Assembly (NCBI GenBank): GCA_045613445.1
Contig: JAZLAZ010000020.1
Location: 74,433 to 138,432 of the forward strand
Origin: Candidatus Enterousia sp.
Lineage (GTDB): Bacteria > Pseudomonadota > Alphaproteobacteria > Rs-D84
Length of the DNA: 64,000 bases
Reading direction: 5' to 3'
The notes under the pieces are model-generated. The model worked only from the letters and a program-made list of their open reading frames with translations. It was not told where the DNA came from and made no database searches. This document shows positions 56,819-64,000 of the stretch, piece by piece. How positions within the stretch are numbered: position 1 is the stretch's first letter; each line of letters starts with the position of its first letter. The translations under genes were made by a program, and so were the position numbers.

Positions 56819-57545
56819 ACATTACGAAATCTTCGCCAAGGTATACTTTTTTTACCATTTCGTCTTGGACAATTTCATCTGTTGTGCCATGTTTTAATAT
56901 CATGCCGTCGTGTAAAACATAACTGCGGTCGGTAATGCCCAATGTTTCGCGAACATTATGATCTGTGATAATAACACCCAAACCACGATTCTTTAACTGG
57001 GATACCAAACCACGAATTTCATTTACGGCAATTGGATCAATCCCTGCAAATGGTTCGTCCAGTAATATAAATTTCGGATTGTTTGCCAATGCACGTGCAA
57101 TTTCAACGCGTCTGCGTTCGCCACCGGATAACGCTGTCGCAGGACTGTGACGCAGTCTGGATATTGCAAATTCGTCCAGTAATGAATCTAGTTTTTTTTG
57201 ACACTTTTTTTTGTCTGGTTCAACAACTTCCAGTATTGCCATGATGTTTTGTTCAACTGTCAATCCACGAAATACACTATTTTCTTGGGGTAAATAACCA
57301 ATGTGCAGGCGCGCACGCTGATAAAACGGTAAATGCGTAATGTCCTGGGAATTCAAAAATATCTGACCGCCTGTGGCCGCTAATTGGCCCGTGATGCAAT
57401 AAAATGCAGTCGTTTTCCCGGCACCGTTCGGTCCCAATAGACCAACCGATTCGCCTTGACGCGCAATCATTGATATGTCGCGGATTACCATCCGTTTCCC
57501 ATATGTTTTAGATAAATGTTCAATTCGCAGTACAGACTGTTTCAT
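56817..57545 (-). CDS. lptB: LPS export ABC transporter ATP-binding protein
   Basis: Walker A GPNGAGKT, signature LSGGERRRVEIARAL, Walker B ILLDEPF. Preceded by lptC. Confidence 0.88.
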   Translation of the reverse strand: MKQSVLRIEHLSKTYGKRMVIRDISMIARQGESVGLLGPNGAGKTTAFYCITGQLAATGGQIFLNSQDITHLPFYQRARLHIGYLPQENSVFRGLTVEQNIMAILEVVEPDKKKCQKKLDSLLDEFAISRLRHSPATALSGGERRRVEIARALANNPKFILLDEPFAGIDPIAVNEIRGLVSQLKNRGLGVIITDHNVRETLGITDRSYVLHDGMILKHGTTDEIVQDEMVKKVYLGEDFVM

Positions 57546-58027
57546 AATCGTATCACCAATTCTTTTGTGCGAATGCGATCCCCATTGCTGGAATCGATTT
57601 TTACATTACCCAGCAATGTTATTGTTTTTTTCGCACTGTTATACTGACCAGTGTTCGCACTGATGTTATCTGTTATTGTGGCACCGTCAACCTGACGATT
57701 GATTGTGCCGTTCACCGTTTCCATAAATATTATGTCAGGGTTTTCGTATTCTTGGTATCCAATCTTGGCATGTATCTTGAAGGGTTTGCCGTCCTTATCA
57801 ATACCAACAAATGATGCGTTTGACATTTTGAACTGATTCGTAACAATGTCGTGCATGTTTATCACAGATATCGGTGTCCACAATAACTGTTTGGTAAATA
57901 ATGAACCCGCAACCAATGCCGCAATCATTACCAAGCCCCAGCCTGTGAAAAAAAACTGCCACAGTCGTTTCAGACGACGATGTTTCGAAAATATTATAAA
58001 GTTTCGTTTGTCTGTTTGCATGCCCAC
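57542..58027 (-). CDS. lptC: LptC-like membrane-anchored LPS transport protein
   Basis: N-terminal TM plus OstA-like beta-jellyroll pattern. 4-nt overlap with lptB; no separate lptA between them. Confidence 0.6.
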   Translation of the reverse strand: MGMQTDKRNFIIFSKHRRLKRLWQFFFTGWGLVMIAALVAGSLFTKQLLWTPISVINMHDIVTNQFKMSNASFVGIDKDGKPFKIHAKIGYQEYENPDIIFMETVNGTINRQVDGATITDNISANTGQYNSAKKTITLLGNVKIDSSNGDRIRTKELVIRL

Positions 58028-58107
58028 AGTTTAGAACGATAATATTAAAAATGCAATTTTTATATTTATCTGTTGCTTTTTTTGTGTTATAATTCTCGCA
58101 AAGAGAG

Positions 58108-58923
58108 ATGAAGAATTTTTTATTGCTTTTTGTCGGTGTGGTTATCGCTGTTCATGGAACAGCTGGTGCTGTCACAATTAAAAAGGCTGCGCCCGTTGCA
58201 ACAAAACAAGCAGATGTTCAGGATGCTGGTGCTTCATTGGTGCCAACGGCATTGAATTTGATTACAGGGGTTATGCAATTAAATCAAAAACAAAAAACAC
58301 TGACAGCTGAATGTGTGCCAACAAATCAGGAAATTACTTTTGTGAATAATATCGTCAAAGAATGGGCGAAAACAGGTGCTGCAACCGCTGATGAAATCGA
58401 AGGCGGAAAAATGAACGGGTTAAAACGGTGCAGTACAGGTAATACTTATGAATCAACTGTGCGTGTGTCTGCGGATTTAGGCGATGATGGTATGATTTGT
58501 TATGACTGGTTTTCTGATGATGAAAATGCTGTTTGGTATAAATTCCCAAAGGCGACCAGTACATACTATTGTACGGATGGTTCGATCAGTGGTTGTGGTG
58601 AAAAAAGTAGACAGTATGTTTCGAATATATATGATGTTTTTAATCTGGTCGATTTTGCCGAAGCGGATTATACTACCCAAGAAGCAAAAATGGCGGGTAA
58701 CTTGATTGCGAAAATTGAACAGTGTTCTTTTGCAAAATTGAACGCCCGTAAAAAAGCATTGTGGGGCGAATTCTTGGTTGGTACAGTCGGTGGACTGGGG
58801 CAAAAAACTGATACTGCAAATATTATGGAAACAGTCAGCGGTATGTCTGGGTCGTTGGGTGGTGGTGGATGGCAGACACTGGGCAGTTTGGGTAGTCTGG
58901 TGCCACAGTTGTTGAATAAGTAA
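58108..58923 (+). CDS. hypothetical secreted protein (271 aa), Gly-rich C-terminus
   Basis: Signal peptide ...HGTAGA. No motif recognised. Confidence 0.5.
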   Translation: MKNFLLLFVGVVIAVHGTAGAVTIKKAAPVATKQADVQDAGASLVPTALNLITGVMQLNQKQKTLTAECVPTNQEITFVNNIVKEWAKTGAATADEIEGGKMNGLKRCSTGNTYESTVRVSADLGDDGMICYDWFSDDENAVWYKFPKATSTYYCTDGSISGCGEKSRQYVSNIYDVFNLVDFAEADYTTQEAKMAGNLIAKIEQCSFAKLNARKKALWGEFLVGTVGGLGQKTDTANIMETVSGMSGSLGGGGWQTLGSLGSLVPQLLNK

Positions 58924-58999
58924 TCTATCATTTTTTCCACTTTACTAAATTGCTAAAAAATCGTATAATATGTCTAATTAAAACAGAAGGATAGGGCAG

Positions 59000-60508
59000 A
59001 TGAAAAATAAATCTTGTGTCGCAACATGGGTGGTTTCTCGGTTGATGATGATGGCTGGTTTTTTTGCATTGGCTGCGTGCAGTCAAAAAAACACCGTGGA
59101 ATATACAGGGCCAATGCCAACACCAACGGTGGATTATGTTGAATCACTGGATGTTTATTCTGCACCCCATCAGGATTCCTTTTTGAATCAGTTGGCAATG
59201 AATTATCGTTCTTATGCAATATATAATGCGCGGACCAGTGGTTATTCTGAAATGGGTGAACTGTTTGCAAACAAGGCTGTGGCTGCGTTCTCTGGTGAAG
59301 TGCCATTTCCAGAAACTTTGGATAATTGGCCGATTGAAAATGAACAGGAATCGTTTGAACTGTATAATGCATACAATGAACTGATGGAACAATTAAAGAA
59401 CGATGCATCTTATTTGAATCCTGAATTGGCTGCCGAAGCTCAAGCGAAATTCGATTGTTGGTTGTCTGCAACCGCCAGTGGTCAGGTTGCAACTGCGCAA
59501 CAATGTCGTGACAGATTTAATAAAACTATGACTGCTTTGCGCGATTGTCAGGGTGGTAAAATTGTAAAAAAACAGTCGACAACAGATGCAAAAACGGACA
59601 TAACAGAATCGGTCACAAGTGTTACGGAAACGCAGACTTATTATCCGGATACACGCAAAATGATGATTGCACGTGGTGATGCCCGTGAAGGTGTTATTAT
59701 CGTAAACAATGTAAATGTTCCAGAACATTTGATAAATCCTGTGCCGGTTCAACCATTGGTATTTAATCAGAATATCTATGGTGGCGATAAAACAATAAAC
59801 AAAGCACAAAAATCAAACCCGCATGGTGTGCTGATTGTCGCAGAAACTGAGGGGGATTGCCCTGAGTGTCAAGAATGTCAGCAGTGTGAACATGTTTCTG
59901 AACCTGAAATCCCACAAATAAGTGATGAATTGGTCAGCCGAGAAGAATTTATCAATATGATGATGGCAATGCGTTCTGAGTTAGCGGCAATAAATGCGCG
60001 CTTGGATGAATTGCAAGCTGCGTCTGGTGAAAAAACAATGATAAAAGTTCAACAGATTCCATTGGAACCAAAACAACATGTAATGGAAGAAGTCTTCGAA
60101 GTTAGATTTGATTTTAATAAGTCTGTTATAAAACCAGAATACCAAGAACTGATCAAAAAATTGGCCAGTGCAACACAGGAAAACAAGAATATCAAGGTTT
60201 CTGTTGTTGGGCATACTGATACAGCTGGGACCAGTAACTATAACTATGCATTGGGTGGACGCCGCGCCGAGGCTGTTCAGAAAATGCTGATACAATATGG
60301 AATTCCAGCCAGCCAGATTGTTGCAGTATCCGCGGGTGAAGAAGATTTGGCTGTCCCAACCCCAGATAATACACCGAATGCAGCAAATCGTCGCGTTCGT
60401 GTTGTAAAAGAAATTCATTATACAGAACAACCGAAACCAGTGCCGATGGAAATATCTGTCGAAGAGGTTACGGTCAGTGAATGTGGTGAATATGGGTGTG
60501 AACAATAA
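59000..60508 (+). CDS. OmpA-family lipoprotein
   Basis: Lipobox FFALAAC; C-terminal OmpA domain VVGHTDTAGTSNYNYALGGRRA...NRRVRVV. Confidence 0.8.
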   Translation: MKNKSCVATWVVSRLMMMAGFFALAACSQKNTVEYTGPMPTPTVDYVESLDVYSAPHQDSFLNQLAMNYRSYAIYNARTSGYSEMGELFANKAVAAFSGEVPFPETLDNWPIENEQESFELYNAYNELMEQLKNDASYLNPELAAEAQAKFDCWLSATASGQVATAQQCRDRFNKTMTALRDCQGGKIVKKQSTTDAKTDITESVTSVTETQTYYPDTRKMMIARGDAREGVIIVNNVNVPEHLINPVPVQPLVFNQNIYGGDKTINKAQKSNPHGVLIVAETEGDCPECQECQQCEHVSEPEIPQISDELVSREEFINMMMAMRSELAAINARLDELQAASGEKTMIKVQQIPLEPKQHVMEEVFEVRFDFNKSVIKPEYQELIKKLASATQENKNIKVSVVGHTDTAGTSNYNYALGGRRAEAVQKMLIQYGIPASQIVAVSAGEEDLAVPTPDNTPNAANRRVRVVKEIHYTEQPKPVPMEISVEEVTVSECGEYGCEQ

Positions 60509-60513
60509 AATAC

Positions 60514-60542
60514 TTGACAAAAAATATTTGTTGGTATATATT
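60514..60542 (+). promoter_or_regulatory. sigma70 promoter of a stand-alone small-ORF unit
   Basis: aaaatacTTGACA, 17 nt spacer, TATATT. Confidence 0.55.
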
Positions 60543-60580
60543 GTCCGTTGTCAGAGAGATGTTTGAAAGAGGCATTTGAA

Positions 60581-60736
60581 ATGACTGATATGGTAAAACA
60601 ATTTGAATTAGCTACAGAAACTCTGAAACATCAGGGTGCCAAGGCGCGCGGTTTTAATAAAGGGGTAGAAGCATTAAATGTTGCTGAAATCTTTCGCAGT
60701 CAGTTTGGTTTGACTTTTGGTGGCAATGAAAATTAA
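60581..60736 (+). CDS. hypothetical 51-aa protein in its own promoter-to-terminator unit
   Basis: RBS AAGAGG 7 nt upstream. MTDMVKQFELATETLKHQGAKARGFNKGVEALNVAEIFRSQFGLTFGGNEN. Confidence 0.4.
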   Translation: MTDMVKQFELATETLKHQGAKARGFNKGVEALNVAEIFRSQFGLTFGGNEN

Positions 60737-60754
60737 ATAAAATATGCTATTGAA

Positions 60755-60786
60755 CCCCATGCAAGGTGTTTTGCATGGGGTTTTTT
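60755..60786 (+). terminator. intrinsic terminator
   Basis: CCCCATGCAAggtgttTTGCATGGGGtttttt. Confidence 0.8.
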
Positions 60787-60807
60787 GTTTGATTTTACAG
60801 AAAATAC

Positions 60808-60836
60808 TTGATTTTTTTAATGAAAAGATATAAACT
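60808..60836 (+). promoter_or_regulatory. putative promoter of rpsD
   Basis: aaaatacTTGATT, 17 nt spacer, TAAACT. Confidence 0.45.
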
Positions 60837-60951
60837 GTGCCTCGCTGGATAACCAGAACTGAATAAGTGGTGGTGCATTTTGGTCCCATCAATGATAAGG
60901 ATTCTGTCAAAATATCTGGCACCGAAAAACCAAAAACAAAGGAAAATAAAA

Positions 60952-61584
60952 ATGGCAAGAGCAGGTGCAAAGCGTAGCACACGCAAATTAAAAATCGGAC
61001 GTAGTCTGGGCGTCAATCTGTGGGGGCAGGCAAAATCTCCGTTCAATAAACGCAAATATAAACCTGGTCAGCATGGACCAACATCACGTGGTGGTAATTC
61101 ATCTGATTATGCAAAACAGATGCGTGCAAAACAGACTTTGAAAGGTTATTATGGTAATATTGGCGAAAAGAAATTCCGTAAATATTATTTAGAAGCTGTA
61201 AATATGAAGGGTGACACACCAGAAAACTTGATTGGTTTGTTGGAGCGTCGTTTGGATGCAGTTGTATATCGTGCAAAATTGGCACCAACTGTATTTTCTT
61301 CACGTCAGTTGATTAGCCACGGTCATATCAATGTAAATGGTAAACGCGTAAAAGTTGCATCATATCAGGTAAAACCAGGTGATGTTATCACGGTCAGTGA
61401 AAAAGCAAAACAGATGCCATTGGTTGTTTTGGCATTGGAATCTGCAGAACGCAATTTTGCAGACTATGTTTCTGTTGACAGTGCAAACTTTACAGCAACA
61501 TTTGTTCGTGTTCCAGCATTCGAAGATGTACCATATCCTGTACAAATGTCACCAGAATTGGTCGTCGAATTCTATTCAAGATAA
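60952..61584 (+). CDS. rpsD: 30S ribosomal protein S4
   Basis: [25 protein letters not shown]...; S4 RNA-binding domain. Confidence 0.92.
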   Translation: MARAGAKRSTRKLKIGRSLGVNLWGQAKSPFNKRKYKPGQHGPTSRGGNSSDYAKQMRAKQTLKGYYGNIGEKKFRKYYLEAVNMKGDTPENLIGLLERRLDAVVYRAKLAPTVFSSRQLISHGHINVNGKRVKVASYQVKPGDVITVSEKAKQMPLVVLALESAERNFADYVSVDSANFTATFVRVPAFEDVPYPVQMSPELVVEFYSR

Positions 61585-61602
61585 TAGATGTAATGCAAAA
61601 GA

Positions 61603-61630
61603 TAAAATCCCCCGTTTGGGGGATTTTTTT
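61603..61630 (+). terminator. intrinsic terminator after rpsD
   Basis: aaaATCCCCCgttTGGGGGATtttttt. Confidence 0.75.
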
Positions 61631-61657
61631 GACAAAACTTCTGAATTTCAATAGAAT
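61629..61657 (+). promoter_or_regulatory. promoter of leader RNA copy B
   Basis: TTGACA, 17 nt spacer, TAGAAT. Confidence 0.55.
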
Positions 61658-61665
61658 ATAAATTG

Positions 61666-61837
61666 ATATCAGGTTTTCTGATGTTGGGGCTTCGAACCCC
61701 CGTGCAATGCATCATAATATTATGATGAAATCACTTCAACCGTGGGTTGGAGTTCGGTGAATATATTGAATAAACCCGCTATACCTTGTAATAGTTTCGA
61801 ACCTCCAACCACTTGAGATATATTTCAGTGGTTTTTG
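61666..61837 (+). ncRNA. structured leader/sRNA copy B
   Basis: P1 at 61666-84. CUUCAACC 61734-41, GGUUGGAG 61745-52, CCUCCAACC 61802-10. Terminator AACCACU/AGUGGUU plus U5. Extra AUCAUAAUAUUAUGAU hairpin. Confidence 0.6.
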
Positions 61838-61861
61838 TTTAACCAAAATTGGGGTGTACAT

Positions 61862-62251
61862 ATGCGGGGGATTGTATTTTTTTTGTTTGTTTTTTCCGAC
61901 CATGACTTTGGGCGCAATACCATCAACTAAATATGTACAGGGGTGATCCCAGAAAATTTATTTGCAGGAGTGGCTGGTGCACCAATTCATGCAGTTTTCA
62001 ATAGTGTGTTTCAGAATTGCTATGGACTAACAGGGGAAATACCAGAAGATTTGTTTGCTGGCATGTCTGGGGCGCCAGCATATAGAATGTATGATAGTAC
62101 TTTTGAAGGTTGTTCAGGATTAAATGGAGAATCAGCAAAGATGAACGGTGAATTTTTGTATGATATTTGGCCACATTGTAATATGGGATTTATGTATCGT
62201 GGGGCAACGGGGCTGAGCGACTATGTAGAAATACCAGATTCATGGAACTAA
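61862..62251 (+). pseudogene. collapsed copy of the small-ORF + LRR locus
   Basis: An ATG signal-peptide stub (stop after 22 codons) and ..STKYVQG are fused out of frame to VIPENLFAG... Only 2 repeats plus the C-terminus remain. Nearly identical by eye to 50410-50560 and 51120-51274. Confidence 0.65.
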
Positions 62252-62261
62252 CAGAAAAAAC

Positions 62262-62290
62262 TTGACTTTTTTGTCAAGTTGGTGTATAAT
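62262..62290 (+). promoter_or_regulatory. sigma70 promoter of rho
   Basis: TTGACT, 17 nt spacer, TATAAT. The -35 is part of the palindrome CTTGACttttttGTCAAG. Confidence 0.6.
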
Positions 62291-62347
62291 GCACAGTATC
62301 AAAACGGCATCGTTCGTATGCCGAAATCCCCAACAAAGGAATATTTT

Positions 62348-63616
62348 ATGCATATAAATGAATTAAAGGCTAAATCGCCACAGCAGTTGCTGAAAATGGC
62401 AGAAGATATGGGTATCGAAAATCCTTCACAATTAAATGTGCAACAGTTGCGCTTTGCTGTGATGCGTGTGTTCGCTGCAGATAAAAAGGTTGTTTTAATT
62501 GGTGACGGTGTTCTGGAACGTATGCAAGATGGTTTTGGGTTCTTGCGCGCACCAGAATCTAATTATCTGGCGGGGCCTGATGACCTGTATGTGTCACCAA
62601 ATTTAATTAAAAAATATGGCCTAAAAACAGGTGATTATGTTGAAGGACAAATCCAGGCACCACAAAATGAATCAGAACGTTATTTCGCGCTGGAAACAAT
62701 CGAACGCGTAAATGGTGATACGCCCGAAAAACTAAAACATCGTGTTTCGTTTGATGATATGACACCATTATATCCAGATGAAATGTTAAAAATGGAAGTG
62801 TCAGATGATAAAGACAAAGGACGTAATCTGTCTGCACGTGTTATTGACTTGATTTCACCGACAGGTAAGGGACAACGTTCGTTGATTGTTGCACCACCAC
62901 GTACCGGTAAGACTGTTATGCTGCAAAACATTGCGCACAGTATTGCAACAAATTATCCTGATGTAAAATTGATTGTGTTATTGATTGACGAACGTCCCGA
63001 AGAAGTTACAGATATGCAACGCAGCGTCAAAGGTGAAGTTATTTCATCTACATTTGATGAACCGGCTGCACGACATATTCAAGTGGCTGAAATGGTTATC
63101 GAAAAAGCAAAACGTTTGGTCGAAGCTGGGCAAGATGTCGTTATTTTGTTAGATTCAATCACTCGTCTGGGACGCGCATATAATACATGTGTTCCATCCA
63201 GTGGTAAAGTTTTGACAGGTGGTGTTGATGCGTATGCATTGCAACGCCCAAAACGCTTCTTTGGTGCTGCGCGTAATATCGAAGGCGGTGGGTCTTTGAC
63301 GATTATCGCAACGGCGTTGGTCGATACAGGATCAAAAATGGACGAAGTTATCTTTGAAGAATTCAAGGGTACAGGTAACAGTGAAATTATCTTGGATCGT
63401 AAATTGTCTGATAAACGTGTTTACCCAGCAATCGATATCACAAAGTCTGGTACGCGTAAAGAAGATTTGCTGGTTGGCAAAGACATTTTGTCGAAAATGT
63501 ATGTCTTGCGTCGTATTATCAATCCAATGGGAACATTGGAAGCAATGGAATTCTTGTTGGATAAATTGCGTTTAACCAAGACAAATGATGATTTCTTTTC
63601 ATCAATGAACCAATAA
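62348..63616 (+). CDS. rho: transcription termination factor Rho
   Basis: N-terminal [14 protein letters not shown]; Walker A PPRTGKT; conserved C-terminal segments match Rho. Confidence 0.95.
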   Translation: MHINELKAKSPQQLLKMAEDMGIENPSQLNVQQLRFAVMRVFAADKKVVLIGDGVLERMQDGFGFLRAPESNYLAGPDDLYVSPNLIKKYGLKTGDYVEGQIQAPQNESERYFALETIERVNGDTPEKLKHRVSFDDMTPLYPDEMLKMEVSDDKDKGRNLSARVIDLISPTGKGQRSLIVAPPRTGKTVMLQNIAHSIATNYPDVKLIVLLIDERPEEVTDMQRSVKGEVISSTFDEPAARHIQVAEMVIEKAKRLVEAGQDVVILLDSITRLGRAYNTCVPSSGKVLTGGVDAYALQRPKRFFGAARNIEGGGSLTIIATALVDTGSKMDEVIFEEFKGTGNSEIILDRKLSDKRVYPAIDITKSGTRKEDLLVGKDILSKMYVLRRIINPMGTLEAMEFLLDKLRLTKTNDDFFSSMNQ

Positions 63617-63619
63617 TAC

Positions 63620-63646
63620 AAAATGCCCCATCGGGGCATTTTTTTA
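63620..63646 (+). terminator. intrinsic terminator after rho
   Basis: aaaATGCCCCAtcGGGGCATttttttt. Confidence 0.75.
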
Positions 63647-63656
63647 TGGGGTAATC

Positions 63657-63884
63657 ATGAATAGAATATATGTTATTGGGGCGATGTTGGTCGCCTTTGG
63701 GTTCGTGTTTGTGGCTGGGCGCAATAACGGTATGCAAAAATGTCAGAAAAATGTAACGCAAAATGCGCTGCAACAGCAATCAGAAATTATTCAGATAAAG
63801 GAGAAAATAAATGCGGAAACTGTTGCTAGTCGGACTGATGATATTCGTAAGTGCCTGCGCCAGAAATACACCATCGCAGATTGA
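63657..63884 (+). CDS. small N-terminally anchored coiled-coil protein (i-spanin-like architecture)
   Basis: TM IYVIGAMLVAFGFVFVAG followed by a polar helix. The 3' 74 nt overlap the next ORF. Confidence 0.45.
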   Translation: MNRIYVIGAMLVAFGFVFVAGRNNGMQKCQKNVTQNALQQQSEIIQIKEKINAETVASRTDDIRKCLRQKYTIAD

Positions 63885-64000
63885 TACATGCACACAAATT
63901 ATGTGTACGCCAATATATGGGCGTGCAAACGATTGGCAGGCTATCAGTGATGATTTGGCACGAAATATCTATCGACATAATAAATTGTGCGAAGAATACA
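63811..64000 (+). CDS. small lipoprotein, overlapped out of frame, 3' end beyond window (o-spanin-like architecture)
   Basis: RBS AAGGAG at 63798-63803. MRKLLLVGLMIFVSAC lipobox. Open to the window end; not in the ORF track. Confidence 0.5.
   Translation, partial: MRKLLLVGLMIFVSACARNTPSQIDTCTQIMCTPIYGRANDWQAISDDLARNIYRHNKLCEEY

Overview
64-kb chromosomal window from an AT-rich Gram-negative bacterium. No search was run, so all family names come from reading the translations. LpxI, CarD, ParC, rpsF-rpsR-rplI, clpP-clpX, lptC-lptB, BamE and many small beta-barrel OMPs look alphaproteobacterium-like (inference). The window also carries anaerobe markers: class III RNR NrdD/NrdG, a clostridial 2x[4Fe-4S] ferredoxin and PFOR. 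I call about 60 protein genes and 4 tRNAs (Ser-UGA, Leu-CAA, Ala-UGC and an unusual Leu-AAG). There is no rRNA, CRISPR or intact mobile element. Almost every transcription unit ends in the same kind of hairpin (A-tract, GGGG-loop-CCCC, T-tract), often shared by convergent genes. Most interesting observations: (1) a ~165-nt promoter-proximal structured RNA present twice (49274-49433, 61666-61837). It has three mutually exclusive helices ending in an intrinsic terminator, shows compensatory changes between copies, and sits upstream of an LRR surface-protein locus each time; I do not recognise it as a known class. The second locus is a recombination-collapsed copy. (2) NrdD is split, so the glycyl-radical loop is a separate 60-aa ORF with its own SD. 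(3) A cluster of signal-peptide, cysteine-rich paralogs (CWCKM ... C-x3-C-x3-C) lies behind a promoter and two terminated hairpin RNAs and is bracketed by REP-like palindromes. (4) A Doc-like Fic protein lacking the catalytic His is coupled to an APH-type kinase. (5) An orphan MotA/MotB-like stator pair has no flagellar context. (6) Two tRNA genes carry att-like partial duplications. (7) A spanin-like overlapped TM/lipoprotein pair sits at the right edge.
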